64,000 nucleotides of DNA. Origin: Candidatus Latescibacterota bacterium (GTDB lineage: Bacteria; Latescibacterota; UBA2968). The notes below the pieces were generated by a model. The model made no database searches. It was given only the letters and a program-made list of their open reading frames with translations, and was not told the DNA's origin. The stretch lies in NCBI GenBank assembly GCA_965204745.1, contig OZ242010.1:3616001-3680000 (forward strand). Direction: 5' to 3'. Made by a program: the position numbers and the translations under genes. This document shows, piece by piece, positions 30,915-40,288 of the stretch (its first letter is position 1; every line of letters begins with the position of its first letter).

Positions 30915-31258
30915 CTGTGGGCTTGTTCAACTATTGGGCGTGCGTGGTCTTGATGATGATCGGCTTGTACACCGCGATAGCGCGGCCCAATCTCATCAAA
31001 AAATTGATCGGCTTGAGTATGTTCCAAGTCTCGGTGTTTTTGCTCTACATCAGCATGGGCAAGGTCAGCGGGGGCACGGCGCCCATTTTGCACGCGGGCG
31101 ACGCGCCGTATTCCAACCCCCTGCCGCATGTGCTCATTTTAACGGCAATCGTCGTGGGTATTGCGACGCTTTCTTTGGGCTTGGCCCTCGTGGTGCGGAT
31201 TTGGGAAGCCTATCAGACTATCGAGGAAGACGAACTTGTGGAACGGGATCATGATTGA
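30911..31258 (+). CDS. mnhC: Na+/H+ antiporter subunit C
   Basis: NLIKKLIGL, NPLPHVLILTAIVVG. Confidence 0.93.
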   Translation: MTVGLFNYWACVVLMMIGLYTAIARPNLIKKLIGLSMFQVSVFLLYISMGKVSGGTAPILHAGDAPYSNPLPHVLILTAIVVGIATLSLGLALVVRIWEAYQTIEEDELVERDHD

Positions 31259-32729
31259 GGCACACCTGCCCATATTGCTGATCGTCACCCCCCTGGTGGC
31301 TGCCCCGCTGTGCGTGTTGTTGCGGCAAAAAACGCTCGTCTGGGCGGTTGCATGCGCGGTGTGTTTGGCCGCGCTGGGCATGGCCTCCTCGTTGCTCATC
31401 CGCGTGTTGCAAGACGGGGTGATTTCCTACGCGCTGGGCGGGTGGATCGCGCCGTGGGGCATCGAGTACCGAGTCGATCCCGTCAATGCGTTTGTGTTGC
31501 TGCTGGTTTCGATCATCGCCGCTGTGCTGCTGGTGTTTGCACTGCCGAGCGTGGCCGATGAAGTTGCCGCACAGCAGCATTACTTGTTTTACGCGGCGTA
31601 TTTGCTGTGTTTTGCCGGGCTGATGGGCATTGCGATCACGGGCGATGCGTTCAATGTGTTCGTGTTTTTGGAGATCTCGTCCCTGTCGTCCTACGCGCTC
31701 ATCGCATTGGGCCGCGACCGCCGCGCATTGACCGCGGCCTATCAGTATTTGATCATGGGCACGCTGGGGGCCACGTTTATCGTCATTGGCATCGGGTTGA
31801 TGTACATGATGACCGGCACGCTCAATCTGGTCGATTTGTCCGAACGCCTGCCCGCGATGTTTGAAACGCGCACCGCGATGGTCGCGTTTGCGTTTTTGAC
31901 CGTGGGCACGGCGATCAAGGTGGCGATGTTCCCGCTGCATGCGTGGTTGCCCAATGCGTATTGTTACGCGCCGTCTGTGGTCACGGCGTTTTTGGCCGCC
32001 ACCGCGACGAAGGTGTCGATTTACGTGTTTTTGCGATTTGCGTTTTCCGTGTGGGGGGCCGAGTTCGCGTTTGAACGCCTCGATCTCGATGTGTTTTTGA
32101 TTCCGCTCTCGCTCATCGGGATTTACGTGGGGTCTCTCGCCGCGATTTACCAGACCGATGTGAAGCGGTTGTTGGCCTATTCGAGCGTGGCGCAAATCGG
32201 GTATATGATGCTGGGCATCGGCTTTGTTTCCGTGGCCGGATTGACCGGGGGCATCGTGCATCTGTTCAATCACGGGCTGATGAAGGCCGCGCTGTTTTTG
32301 GCCGTGGGCTGTGTGGTCTTGCGCGTGGGCTCGTCCAACTTGGCCGATTGGAAGGGCCTAGGGCGGCGCATGCCCGTCACGATGGCGGCGTTTGTGCTGG
32401 CCGGGTTGAGCTTGATCGGCGTGCCGCTGACCGTGGGCTTTGTCGGCAAGTGGTACTTGATCGTGGCCGCGCTGGAAAAGGGTTGGTGGCCCGTCGCCCT
32501 GCTCGCCCTGCTCTCTTCCTTGCTGGCTGTGGTGTACGTGTGGCGCGTCATCGAGGTGGCGTACTTTCAGCGGACGGACGATCCCGCGCCGGTCAAAGAA
32601 GCGCCGTGGATGATGCAAGTCTCGCTGTGGGCATTGACCGGGGGCATCGTGTATTTTGGCGTTCAAACCGATTTGACCGTGCGCGTGGCCCAACGCGCCG
32701 CCATGTGGTTGCTGGAGGGGATGCCGTGA
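31251..32729 (+). CDS. mnhD: Na+/H+ antiporter subunit D
   Basis: GGWIAPWGIE, GDAFNVFVFLEI, FPLHAWLPNAY, KRLLAYSS. Confidence 0.93.
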   Translation: MIEAHLPILLIVTPLVAAPLCVLLRQKTLVWAVACAVCLAALGMASSLLIRVLQDGVISYALGGWIAPWGIEYRVDPVNAFVLLLVSIIAAVLLVFALPSVADEVAAQQHYLFYAAYLLCFAGLMGIAITGDAFNVFVFLEISSLSSYALIALGRDRRALTAAYQYLIMGTLGATFIVIGIGLMYMMTGTLNLVDLSERLPAMFETRTAMVAFAFLTVGTAIKVAMFPLHAWLPNAYCYAPSVVTAFLAATATKVSIYVFLRFAFSVWGAEFAFERLDLDVFLIPLSLIGIYVGSLAAIYQTDVKRLLAYSSVAQIGYMMLGIGFVSVAGLTGGIVHLFNHGLMKAALFLAVGCVVLRVGSSNLADWKGLGRRMPVTMAAFVLAGLSLIGVPLTVGFVGKWYLIVAALEKGWWPVALLALLSSLLAVVYVWRVIEVAYFQRTDDPAPVKEAPWMMQVSLWALTGGIVYFGVQTDLTVRVAQRAAMWLLEGMP

Positions 32730-34261
32730 GCGAATCGACCGCTATCCTCATCGCACTGGCGTTGCCGGTGGTGAGCATGCCCTTCATCGCACTGGCGCGG
32801 CGCAGGCCCAATGTGCGCGAGACCATCGCCTTGACCGCGGCGATGTTGACGTTTGGCACCGTTTCGTCCATCCTGCCCGCGGCGATGGAGGGCGCACGCC
32901 CGAGCGTGCATGTGCTGGACATCATGCCGGGCTTGGCCTTGGCCTTTCAGGTCGAGCCGCTGGGCATGGTCTTTGCCCTGGTCGCATCTGGCTTGTGGAT
33001 CGCGACGACGGTCTATGCCATCGGGTATATGCGCGGGCATGGCGAGCGCAATCAGACGCGGTTTTTTGCGTTTTTCGCCTTTGCAATCGCGGCCGCGCTC
33101 GGCGTGGCTTTTGCCCGCAACATGTTCACGTTGTTCATTTTTTACGAGATGTTGACGCTATCGACCTATCCCTTGGTGACGCACGCAGGCTCGGATATCA
33201 GCAGTGTTGACGCACCGCGGTTGGTGGCGGACATCCGCGAAGGGGCGCGCCGCCTGCGAGAGGAAAGCGTCCGCGCCGGGCGCATTTACCTGGGCGTTTT
33301 GTTGAGCACCTCCGTGGGGTTCTTGCTGATGGGCATGGCGTGGACTTGGCAGTTGACCGGCACGCTGGAATTTACACCGGGCGGCATTTTGTCCGGCAAG
33401 GCGAGTGAGGGCGTGGTGCTGGTGTTGCTCGCGCTCTACGCCTTTGGCACCGGGAAAGCCGCGTTGATGCCGTTCCACAGGTGGTTGCCCGCGGCAATGG
33501 TCGCGCCCACCCCGGTCAGCGCGTTGCTCCACGCGGTGGCCGTGGTCAAAGCCGGGGTGTTCACCGTGATGAAAGTCGTGGTCTATCTCTTTGGCACGGA
33601 GTTGCTGTCCGGCGCGGGCCTAAGCGACTGGCTGACGTACGTCGCGGGCTTTACGATTTTGGTGGGGTCCCTGGTGGCGATGACCAAAGACAATTTGAAG
33701 GCGCGGTTGGCGTATTCCACAATCAGCCAGTTGTCCTACATCGTGCTCGGCGCGGCACTGGCAAATGATTTGGGCGTGCTCGGCGGGAGCATGCACATCG
33801 TGACGCATGCGTTTGGCAAGATCACCCTGTTTTTTTGCGCGGGCGCCATTTTGGTGGGGTTGCACAAAACAGAGATCAGCGATATGAAGGGCATCGGCAG
33901 GCAGATGCCGTTCACAATGGCCGCCTTTTTGATCGGGGCGTTGAGCATTATCGGGCTGCCGCCATTTGCGGGCGCGTGGAGCAAGTGGTACTTGGTGCTC
34001 GCGTGCGTCGAGGCGGATCGCTATGTGGCGGCGGGGGTCTTGCTGATGAGTTCGTTGCTGAATGTGCTCTATCTGTTGCCGATTCCCATTTACGCTTTTT
34101 TTGCAACCGCAACCGATGACCACCACGGGTCGGGCCTGCGCGAAGCCCCGCTCGCATGTGTGTTGCCCTTGGCGTTCACCGCGCTCGGTTGCTTCGCGCT
34201 GTTTTTGTATCCGGATCCGGTTTTGAATCTGTTGCGCCTAATCGGAGGAGGCGCGCCATGA
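32726..34261 (+). CDS. Second MnhD/MrpA-like proton-conducting membrane subunit
   Basis: PFHRWLPAAMVAPTPVSALLHA, KARLAYSTISQL; GTG start overlapping the upstream stop. Confidence 0.9.
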   Translation: MSESTAILIALALPVVSMPFIALARRRPNVRETIALTAAMLTFGTVSSILPAAMEGARPSVHVLDIMPGLALAFQVEPLGMVFALVASGLWIATTVYAIGYMRGHGERNQTRFFAFFAFAIAAALGVAFARNMFTLFIFYEMLTLSTYPLVTHAGSDISSVDAPRLVADIREGARRLREESVRAGRIYLGVLLSTSVGFLLMGMAWTWQLTGTLEFTPGGILSGKASEGVVLVLLALYAFGTGKAALMPFHRWLPAAMVAPTPVSALLHAVAVVKAGVFTVMKVVVYLFGTELLSGAGLSDWLTYVAGFTILVGSLVAMTKDNLKARLAYSTISQLSYIVLGAALANDLGVLGGSMHIVTHAFGKITLFFCAGAILVGLHKTEISDMKGIGRQMPFTMAAFLIGALSIIGLPPFAGAWSKWYLVLACVEADRYVAAGVLLMSSLLNVLYLLPIPIYAFFATATDDHHGSGLREAPLACVLPLAFTALGCFALFLYPDPVLNLLRLIGGGAP

Positions 34262-34536
34262 ACGATACCACAAAGAAAAATGAACACCCGCACGCTTTCG
34301 CCAAGCTCGGCGCGGTGCGGCAGTTGATCGTGGGCTTTGTCGTGTTTTGCGCGTTGTTGCTGTCGCTCGACCTGATCGCGCATCGGCATTTGAGTTTTGC
34401 CGAGGGGCTGTTGCCGGTGGAGGGTTGGTTCGGGTTTTACGCGGTGTATGGATTCGTCGCTTGTACGCTGGTCGTCCTAGGGGCTCTTCCCCTGCGTAAA
34501 TGGGTCATGCGCTCGGAGGATTACTACGATGGGTGA
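34258..34536 (+). CDS. Small 2-TM protein of the Mrp operon
   Basis: Overlaps both neighbours; GFYAVYGFVAC..MRSEDYYD. Confidence 0.8.
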   Translation: MNDTTKKNEHPHAFAKLGAVRQLIVGFVVFCALLLSLDLIAHRHLSFAEGLLPVEGWFGFYAVYGFVACTLVVLGALPLRKWVMRSEDYYDG

Positions 34537-36214
34537 GGTGCATCCCGCGCTGATCATGCTCTTGGGCGGCGCGTTGTTGTTCGCCCTGCCAATCCGGCCG
34601 CGCCGCGTGGTGTCGGTGCTGTTGCCCGTGGTCGGATTCGTGAATCTGCTGGCCCTTCCAGATGGCGCGCTGTGGCAGATCACTTGGGGCGGGTACGAGA
34701 TGGCCGTCTTGCGCGTGGATAAGTTGAGCATGTTGTTCGGGTACTTGTTCCACTTGGCGGCTTTTATCGGCGCGATCTACGCGCTGCATCTCACGGATCG
34801 GTTGCAGATCGGCACCGGGTTGATCTACGCGGGTTCGGCGGTTGGGGCGGTCTTTGCCGGCGATTTGATCGCGCTGTTCGTCTTCTGGGAGTTGTTGGCG
34901 ATCACGTCGGTCTTCTTGGTGTGGGCGCGCGGGGGCGAGCGTGCGCTACGATCTGGCGTGCGGTATTTGGTGATGCACATCGCGTCTGGGTTGTCGCTGT
35001 TGCTCGGCGCGGTGTTCTGCTATTTGAAGACCGGTTCGCTGGCATTTGATCACATCGGCTTGACCGAGGGGTATCACTACTTGTTGTTGCTCGCCTTTGG
35101 GATCAAGTGCGCGTTCCCCCTGTTGCACAACTGGTTGATCGACGCGTATCCGGAATCCACGCCCACGGGCACGGTGTTTTTGAGCGCGTTCACGACCAAG
35201 GCCGCGGTGTATGCCCTGGCGCGCGGGTTTGCAGGAGAGGAAATTTTGATCTACATCGGCGCGGCGATGACGATGTTCCCGATTTTCTACGCGGTCATTG
35301 AGAACGATATGCGCCGCGTGTTGAGTTATAGCATGATCAACCAAATCGGGTTTATGGTGGTGGGCATTGGCATCGGCGGCGCGCTGGGGATCAACGGCGC
35401 GGTGTCGCATGCGTTCAATGACGTGATTTTCAAAGGGTTGCTATTTATGTCGATGGGCGCGGTCTTGTTTCGCACGGGGCGAATCAAAGCCTCTGAATTG
35501 GGGGGGCTGTACAGGTCGATGCCGTGGACGTGCGCGTGCTGCATCGTGGGCGGGGCATCCATTGCCGCCCTGCCGCTGTTCAGTGCGTATATCAGCAAGG
35601 CGATGGTGATGCAGGGGGTTGCCAACAGCGGCGCGGTGGTTATCTGGCTGGCGCTGTTGTTCGCATCGGCGGGCGTGTTGCACCACGCGGGCATCAAAAT
35701 TCCATTTTTTGCGTTTTTCTCGCACGATGCAAAAATCCGTTGCCCCGAAGCCCCGCTCAACATGCGCGTTGCCATGACGATTTCCGCCGCGCTCTGCATC
35801 GCTATCGGGTCATACCCGCCACTGCTGTACGATCTGTTGCCGCATCCCGTCGACTATGTGCCCTATACCACAACGCATGTGGTGCTGCAACTGCAACTGG
35901 TGTTTTTCGGGGTGATGGCCTTTGTGGTGTTGCAACTGACGGGCATTTACCCCCCCGAATTGCCCAGCGTCAATCTCGATGTGGATTGGGTGTATCGCCG
36001 CGTGCTACCGGCAACTGTGCGCGGCTTTGTCCGCACCTTCGGGCCGGTTGCAGATGGTTTTTTTGCGGGCGGAAAGGCGTTGGTTCAAACGCTGATTGCG
36101 GCGATTCGCGGGCAACACAATACCAAAGGCGTGTTCGGGCGGTCGTGGTTGTCGCAAAGCAATGTGCTCCTCGCGATTGTTTTTCTGGCGATTTATTTGC
36201 TATTTTTCTTTTGA
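34529..36214 (+). CDS. Third MnhD-like subunit
   Basis: FVFWELLA, LHNWLIDAYP, LSAFTTK, RRVLSYS. Confidence 0.9.
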   Translation: MGEVHPALIMLLGGALLFALPIRPRRVVSVLLPVVGFVNLLALPDGALWQITWGGYEMAVLRVDKLSMLFGYLFHLAAFIGAIYALHLTDRLQIGTGLIYAGSAVGAVFAGDLIALFVFWELLAITSVFLVWARGGERALRSGVRYLVMHIASGLSLLLGAVFCYLKTGSLAFDHIGLTEGYHYLLLLAFGIKCAFPLLHNWLIDAYPESTPTGTVFLSAFTTKAAVYALARGFAGEEILIYIGAAMTMFPIFYAVIENDMRRVLSYSMINQIGFMVVGIGIGGALGINGAVSHAFNDVIFKGLLFMSMGAVLFRTGRIKASELGGLYRSMPWTCACCIVGGASIAALPLFSAYISKAMVMQGVANSGAVVIWLALLFASAGVLHHAGIKIPFFAFFSHDAKIRCPEAPLNMRVAMTISAALCIAIGSYPPLLYDLLPHPVDYVPYTTTHVVLQLQLVFFGVMAFVVLQLTGIYPPELPSVNLDVDWVYRRVLPATVRGFVRTFGPVADGFFAGGKALVQTLIAAIRGQHNTKGVFGRSWLSQSNVLLAIVFLAIYLLFFF

Positions 36215-36241
36215 CCCCCTCGCCCAAACGAGTGCCAACAC

Positions 36242-36272
36242 AAAAGCCGACGCGGATTGCGTCGGCTTTTTT
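36242..36272. terminator. Bidirectional intrinsic terminator
   Basis: AAAAGCCGACGC-GGATT-GCGTCGGCTTTTTT between convergent genes. Confidence 0.85.
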
Positions 36273-36453
36273 AGCTTTTCGGAATGGGTTTGTCCAATTC
36301 TCGATAGGCCAATATCATTTCGTTGAGGGCGTCTTGGAGCAACTCTGTGCATTCTTGCAAGGTCGCGCCTTCTGTGATCACTTCGGGCCAATCCAAAAGT
36401 TGCCCCATGTAGCCTGACGGAATTGGCGTGTAGCAAGCGTTGTATTCGTCCAT
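36271..36453 (-). CDS. hicB: HicB-family antitoxin (orphan, possibly 3'-truncated)
   Basis: GYMGQLLDWPEVITEGATLQEC..LQDALNEM..PIP; no hicA adjacent. Confidence 0.75.
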   Translation of the reverse strand: MDEYNACYTPIPSGYMGQLLDWPEVITEGATLQECTELLQDALNEMILAYRELDKPIPKS

Positions 36454-36518
36454 TTTGACCGCCTGAATTTCTGCCCCTCGATGATTGAGCCGGAGCTTTT
36501 GCCCCGGCTCGTCAATGG

Positions 36519-36758
36519 TTATGAAATGCGGTTTTGAATGTGGGGTCGGATTTCTCCGTATTCGGGAAAGCGGTTTTCCTTGAGTTTGGAAAAAACGAGT
36601 TCGCCATCGACCGTGACCTCAAAGCGGCCCCCGCTGGACGGGATCAAGGTGATGGCCTCAATGTCTTGCTTGAAGGCGTTGACGATTTTATCCGTCATCC
36701 CGACGGATTGTTCTTCGTAGCCTCAAGCAGCGCAATATTCAATTTCGACCCTGGGCAT
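36519..36758 (-). CDS. Rdx/SelW-family selenoprotein, 79 aa, CxxU motif (UGA at 36725-36723 read as Sec)
   Basis: RBS AAGGAGG; MPRVEIEYCAA-UGA-GYEEQSVG...LIPSSGGRFEVTVDGELVFSKLKENRFPE stays in frame to TAA. Confidence 0.92.
36690..36708 (-). promoter_or_regulatory. Candidate bacterial SECIS hairpin
   Basis: ATCCGTC-GGGAT-GACGGAT stem-loop starting 14 nt after the UGA, with a G-rich apical loop. Confidence 0.7.
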
Positions 36759-36768
36759 ATATACCTCC

Positions 36769-37535
36769 TTAAAATGTGATAAACGACATCCCCGTGCGTT
36801 TGGGGAGAAAAGACGCGAGGTCTTCGAGATCGAGGGCCACGCCGAGGTCTTTTGCTGCGTGGCACACATTGTGCCATAAATCCGCGTACTCATCGCCTGC
36901 GAGCAGGGCGTCGGCGGTCCTCGAAAAATTTTTGCCCTCTCGGCGGTCTGTGGGAAAAGGATAACCTGCCGAGCGGAAAAAGTCACCAAAAAAATCGTAG
37001 TGCTGACGCCGTTGACGGAAGGCCGCGGCAGTGCGGCGTTTTGAAAGCCGTTCAGCGGCGCGGATGAGGTGATAGCCAAAGTAGGCCATTGCCGGGTTGG
37101 AAATGCGCGCCTTGTCGTGGTTGGGGCTTTCTACATGCACGCTGCGAATCACCGGGCCGGGCCAATAAATATCCTTGCGATGCCGACCCGTGCGCCGGTC
37201 GTACCCAAAGCCGTCGAGGATGAAGCCACTCGTGGAGCGAATGGTGAGTGCCAACCGCTTTTGCGAAAATCGGTCGGGCTGCCGCATCAGGGCCGCGGGT
37301 GAAATTCCGGAATGCCAAACAACGCGCTATACGCATAACAAAACGCGAGATATGCATGCGACACGGGCAACCAGAACAGATCGCCGAGCCGCCGCGCCAT
37401 CGCATCGTACTTGCGATCCAAGAAATAACGCCCATCAGAAAGCGCGTCTCCCACACACGCGGGTTCTGTTGAAAACGCATCGACAAGCCTGCGAACACAA
37501 GCGAGGGGCGTATCTATCTGTGCAGAGTTTGCCAT
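36769..37535 (-). pseudogene. Single gene split by a +1 frameshift near 37297; resembles MpaB/DUF2236 oxygenase-like proteins
   Basis: Removing one C joins ...LFGIPEF to TAALMRQPDRFSQKRLALT; SVHV...ISNPAMAYF resembles the MpaB H..ISN segment. Confidence 0.5.
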
Positions 37536-37988
37536 GGGTGGATATCCTATTGCAAACAGTCTTTGATTGCGATTTCAAAAGTATCGCGTTATACTACGAA
37601 AGTCAACAAATGGATTTGGAATGGAATTGGCGGGCGTGACAGAGGACGATCTGTTCTACTTCAAAAACAAAGTTCCCATCGACCGAATCGGCGAATCCCT
37701 CGCGCGAACTGCGGTAGCTATGTGATACTAATTTGATTTCTATTTTTTTTATTTTTCAACTACGCGAATCGTACAGTCGCTACTTCAACTTTCGCGCCTT
37801 TTGTTGCATCGCATTCACTGACGTTCCGCAGTTCAAATAAGGCATCACAATAAGTGCCCTCAAAGATGAGACCTGAAAAATCGGTCCCTATCCAAATGGC
37901 ACCGATAGCAAAATAGAGAGAGCGCAAAATCTCTCCTAAAAAGATCGGCAAAACCGTCAAAAGCTGTCCCGAGTTTCTCTCTCATCAG

Positions 37989-38021
37989 CCCGTAAAACCT
38001 CGACGCTTCAGGGCGGAGGGA
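37989..38021 (+). mobile_element. Degenerate IS200/IS605-type end hairpin (relic, no tnpA/tnpB)
   Basis: CCGTAAAACCTCGACGCTTCAGGGCGGAGGGA resembles, from recall, the CCGTAAAACCCCGTCCTTCAGGGCGGGGA subterminal hairpin. Confidence 0.45.
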
Positions 38022-38052
38022 CATGGCTTGAGCCACATTGACAAATTGGGAT

Positions 38053-38092
38053 AAAAACAGAAGGGTCATGGTTAAATACCATGACCCTTTTC
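38053..38092. terminator. Intrinsic terminator
   Basis: AAGGGTCATGGT-TAAAT-ACCATGACCCTT with T-rich tails on both strands. Confidence 0.8.
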
Positions 38093-38163
38093 TCGTTCCG
38101 CTATGTGCTTGTGCATCTGTTCTTCCACCCGAATGTCAGCCGTAAGCAATGGCGTCTCGGGAG

Positions 38164-38442
38164 TTATGACACTGTTTCAACGATGTTTCGATCATCCAAA
38201 AACGCAACGGGTTCTGCTTCTCTGCCATTTTCCCACATCAGCGAATAAAACCAGATGCCACTCTCACCGATGCAAAAGTCTGCGGGGGTAAAGGTCATTT
38301 TTGAGTCCAGTGGTGGCTCGGACTTTTCGGGGTTGTATTCCGCAGGCCATCCGAATACCTCGCCAATCCAGTACTGTCCCTTGAGATGAAGCGCTTTGGC
38401 AAACCCCTCGATGTCTTCGATATTTGGGATGACAACGGGCAC
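38164..38442 (-). CDS. Hypothetical acidic protein
   Basis: 92 aa, RBS AAAGGA, Trp/Gly-rich globular-looking sequence. Confidence 0.7.
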   Translation of the reverse strand: MPVVIPNIEDIEGFAKALHLKGQYWIGEVFGWPAEYNPEKSEPPLDSKMTFTPADFCIGESGIWFYSLMWENGREAEPVAFLDDRNIVETVS

Positions 38443-38499
38443 AAAAATGGTCCTTTACAAATCCAGAACCGCACGCTGAACCGCTGTTCGGCAACGCGG

Positions 38500-39510
38500 T
38501 CAATCGCGCGGGGCAGGGGAGGGGGCGAAGATCAGTTCCATGCCGTCGGTGGCATCGACTGTGATTTGCAATTTTCGGGGTTCTGTGAGGAGTGCGGGAT
38601 GGAGGTGGGCGTCGATCCACACCTTGGGCGAGCGACACCATGCGGCGGGCACGTCGGCACAAAGGGTGAGGGTGCGGCAGGTGACGCGGTCACTCAGGCC
38701 GCGGATGCGGAGGCGATAGTGCTGTTGGGTTTCCGTATCGGCGAGGGTTTCGATTTGCGTGTGGCGTCGGGTCAGGTGATAGAAAATCACTTCTTCGGGC
38801 ACGGCGCACCAAACTGCGTCTCCGCCCTCTGTGCGTACGGTTTCAAATCTCTTTCGCAGTTGCTCGTGTGAACAGTCTTTGTTGGGATGGATGGGCGTTT
38901 CCAATGGGCAGTGGCAGTAGTCGATGATCCAGCTGTTTTTGGCCTGTGCGTGGCGGATGTTGCGAAACGGGTCGTATTCGCTGAAAAAGGGCGCGTAATA
39001 GTGATCGTGTAGGGCCGTGCGGTTGAGCCAGAAGAGCGGTTCGCCCGGGCGGTTGAGGGCATCGGTGAGGCTCATCGCGCCGAGGTACCCGTAGTTGCGG
39101 CACGCCTCGAGGACGTGGGCCGACATGTTGGCGTTGTTGCCGGGCGCGCAGTAGAGATCGACCGGCGCGTCAATGGCGGCTTCGAGCGCGTTTTTTGCAA
39201 TGCCGAGTTCCCGATGCACCATATCGGGTTGAATGAGTTCGTGGCTCCAGGAGTGGTTGCCGACGCCCCAGCCTCGGGCGAGCAAGTCTTTGAGTTCGCC
39301 GGCATTCATGTGGCGATAGCCGTTGTAGCTGGAATTGCCCAAGTCGCGCATCTCACCCAACTGCCCGACCACCACCTCGGCATGCCCGGGCATGCCGTAT
39401 TCCTCGTGGATGGGAATGGCAAAGCGGTGCAAGTCCGCGAGGGCTTCGTCATACGTGATGGAATAGACCCAGGTTTTGTCGTACTTCCACGGGCAGATCG
39501 CGAGGGCCAT
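38500..39510 (-). CDS. Polysaccharide deacetylase (NodB-homology) family protein
   Basis: YSITYDE, GWGVGNHSWSH, YCAPG. Confidence 0.8.
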   Translation of the reverse strand: MALAICPWKYDKTWVYSITYDEALADLHRFAIPIHEEYGMPGHAEVVVGQLGEMRDLGNSSYNGYRHMNAGELKDLLARGWGVGNHSWSHELIQPDMVHRELGIAKNALEAAIDAPVDLYCAPGNNANMSAHVLEACRNYGYLGAMSLTDALNRPGEPLFWLNRTALHDHYYAPFFSEYDPFRNIRHAQAKNSWIIDYCHCPLETPIHPNKDCSHEQLRKRFETVRTEGGDAVWCAVPEEVIFYHLTRRHTQIETLADTETQQHYRLRIRGLSDRVTCRTLTLCADVPAAWCRSPKVWIDAHLHPALLTEPRKLQITVDATDGMELIFAPSPAPRD

Positions 39511-39525
39511 GTCTTTCTCCAGAGT

Positions 39526-40284
39526 TCAAGCGATATCGGAAATCGCGTGGATAAAATCCCGGAACGCGGCGCTATATCCCAGTTGCCATTCGAAGATGTG
39601 CATCCCGTACCGGGTCGCCAATTTTTCGGGGAATGAATCGGGGGTTTCCACGCCGAGAGTCGCATCGCGCATGAGGACGCATCGATACCCGCACGCGAGC
39701 ATGGCCCTCGCCCCTCCTTCGGCGCCGAGAATGCACATGTCGGTCGCAAAGCCGGTGTAGATGAGGGTGGTAATGCCGCGGGATTTGAGATGGGCATCTA
39801 AGGCATCGGTATAAAAAAATAGGGGTTCGTCCCGAATGGGCGAGACGATTTTTGCCCGTTTCATGCGCGCGAGGGGCGACTTTGCGAGGTAGTTCGGGCC
39901 ATGGGCGCGGTCTTGCATGGCCCGGGCGCGGTCGGCGCGGTTGACCGTTGGATGGCGGCGGACGGGTATGTGGGGATACTGACGCGCCATCCAATCGGAT
40001 TCGACATGGCAAACCGGCATCCCGATGGTGCGCGCCGCGTCCATTGCCGGGCGAATGACCTCGGCCATGATACGCGATGCCTCGGCGGTTGCCTGGGGCC
40101 AGCCCATGCCCACGCAGTAATTGACGTCGATTGCCGGCCCGTCTGGGCAGCCGATGTTCCAGCAGTGCATGCCGATCAGGGCCGTGCTTTCAACGGACAG
40201 GGCGAGACGCACGGATTCGCACCCGGGCGCGTCAATGGGCAATGCGCGGTAATATCGCGCGGGTAAGGAGTATGGGGTCGGCAT
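39526..40284 (-). CDS. Isochorismatase/cysteine hydrolase family protein (divergent)
   Basis: LKSRGITTLIYTGFATDMC, GYRCVLMRDAT. Confidence 0.75.
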   Translation of the reverse strand: MPTPYSLPARYYRALPIDAPGCESVRLALSVESTALIGMHCWNIGCPDGPAIDVNYCVGMGWPQATAEASRIMAEVIRPAMDAARTIGMPVCHVESDWMARQYPHIPVRRHPTVNRADRARAMQDRAHGPNYLAKSPLARMKRAKIVSPIRDEPLFFYTDALDAHLKSRGITTLIYTGFATDMCILGAEGGARAMLACGYRCVLMRDATLGVETPDSFPEKLATRYGMHIFEWQLGYSAAFRDFIHAISDIA

Positions 40285-40288
40285 GGTA

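Noticed and set aside
37610-37725. Short + strand coding-like fragment (..MELAGVTEDDLFYFKNKVPIDRIGE..)
   Set aside because: Possibly a gene relic, but too short to identify.
37790-37990. Hammerhead ribozyme (minus-strand CTGATGAG...GAAA) or c-di-GMP-I riboswitch
   Set aside because: Required stems and conserved spacing cannot be formed.
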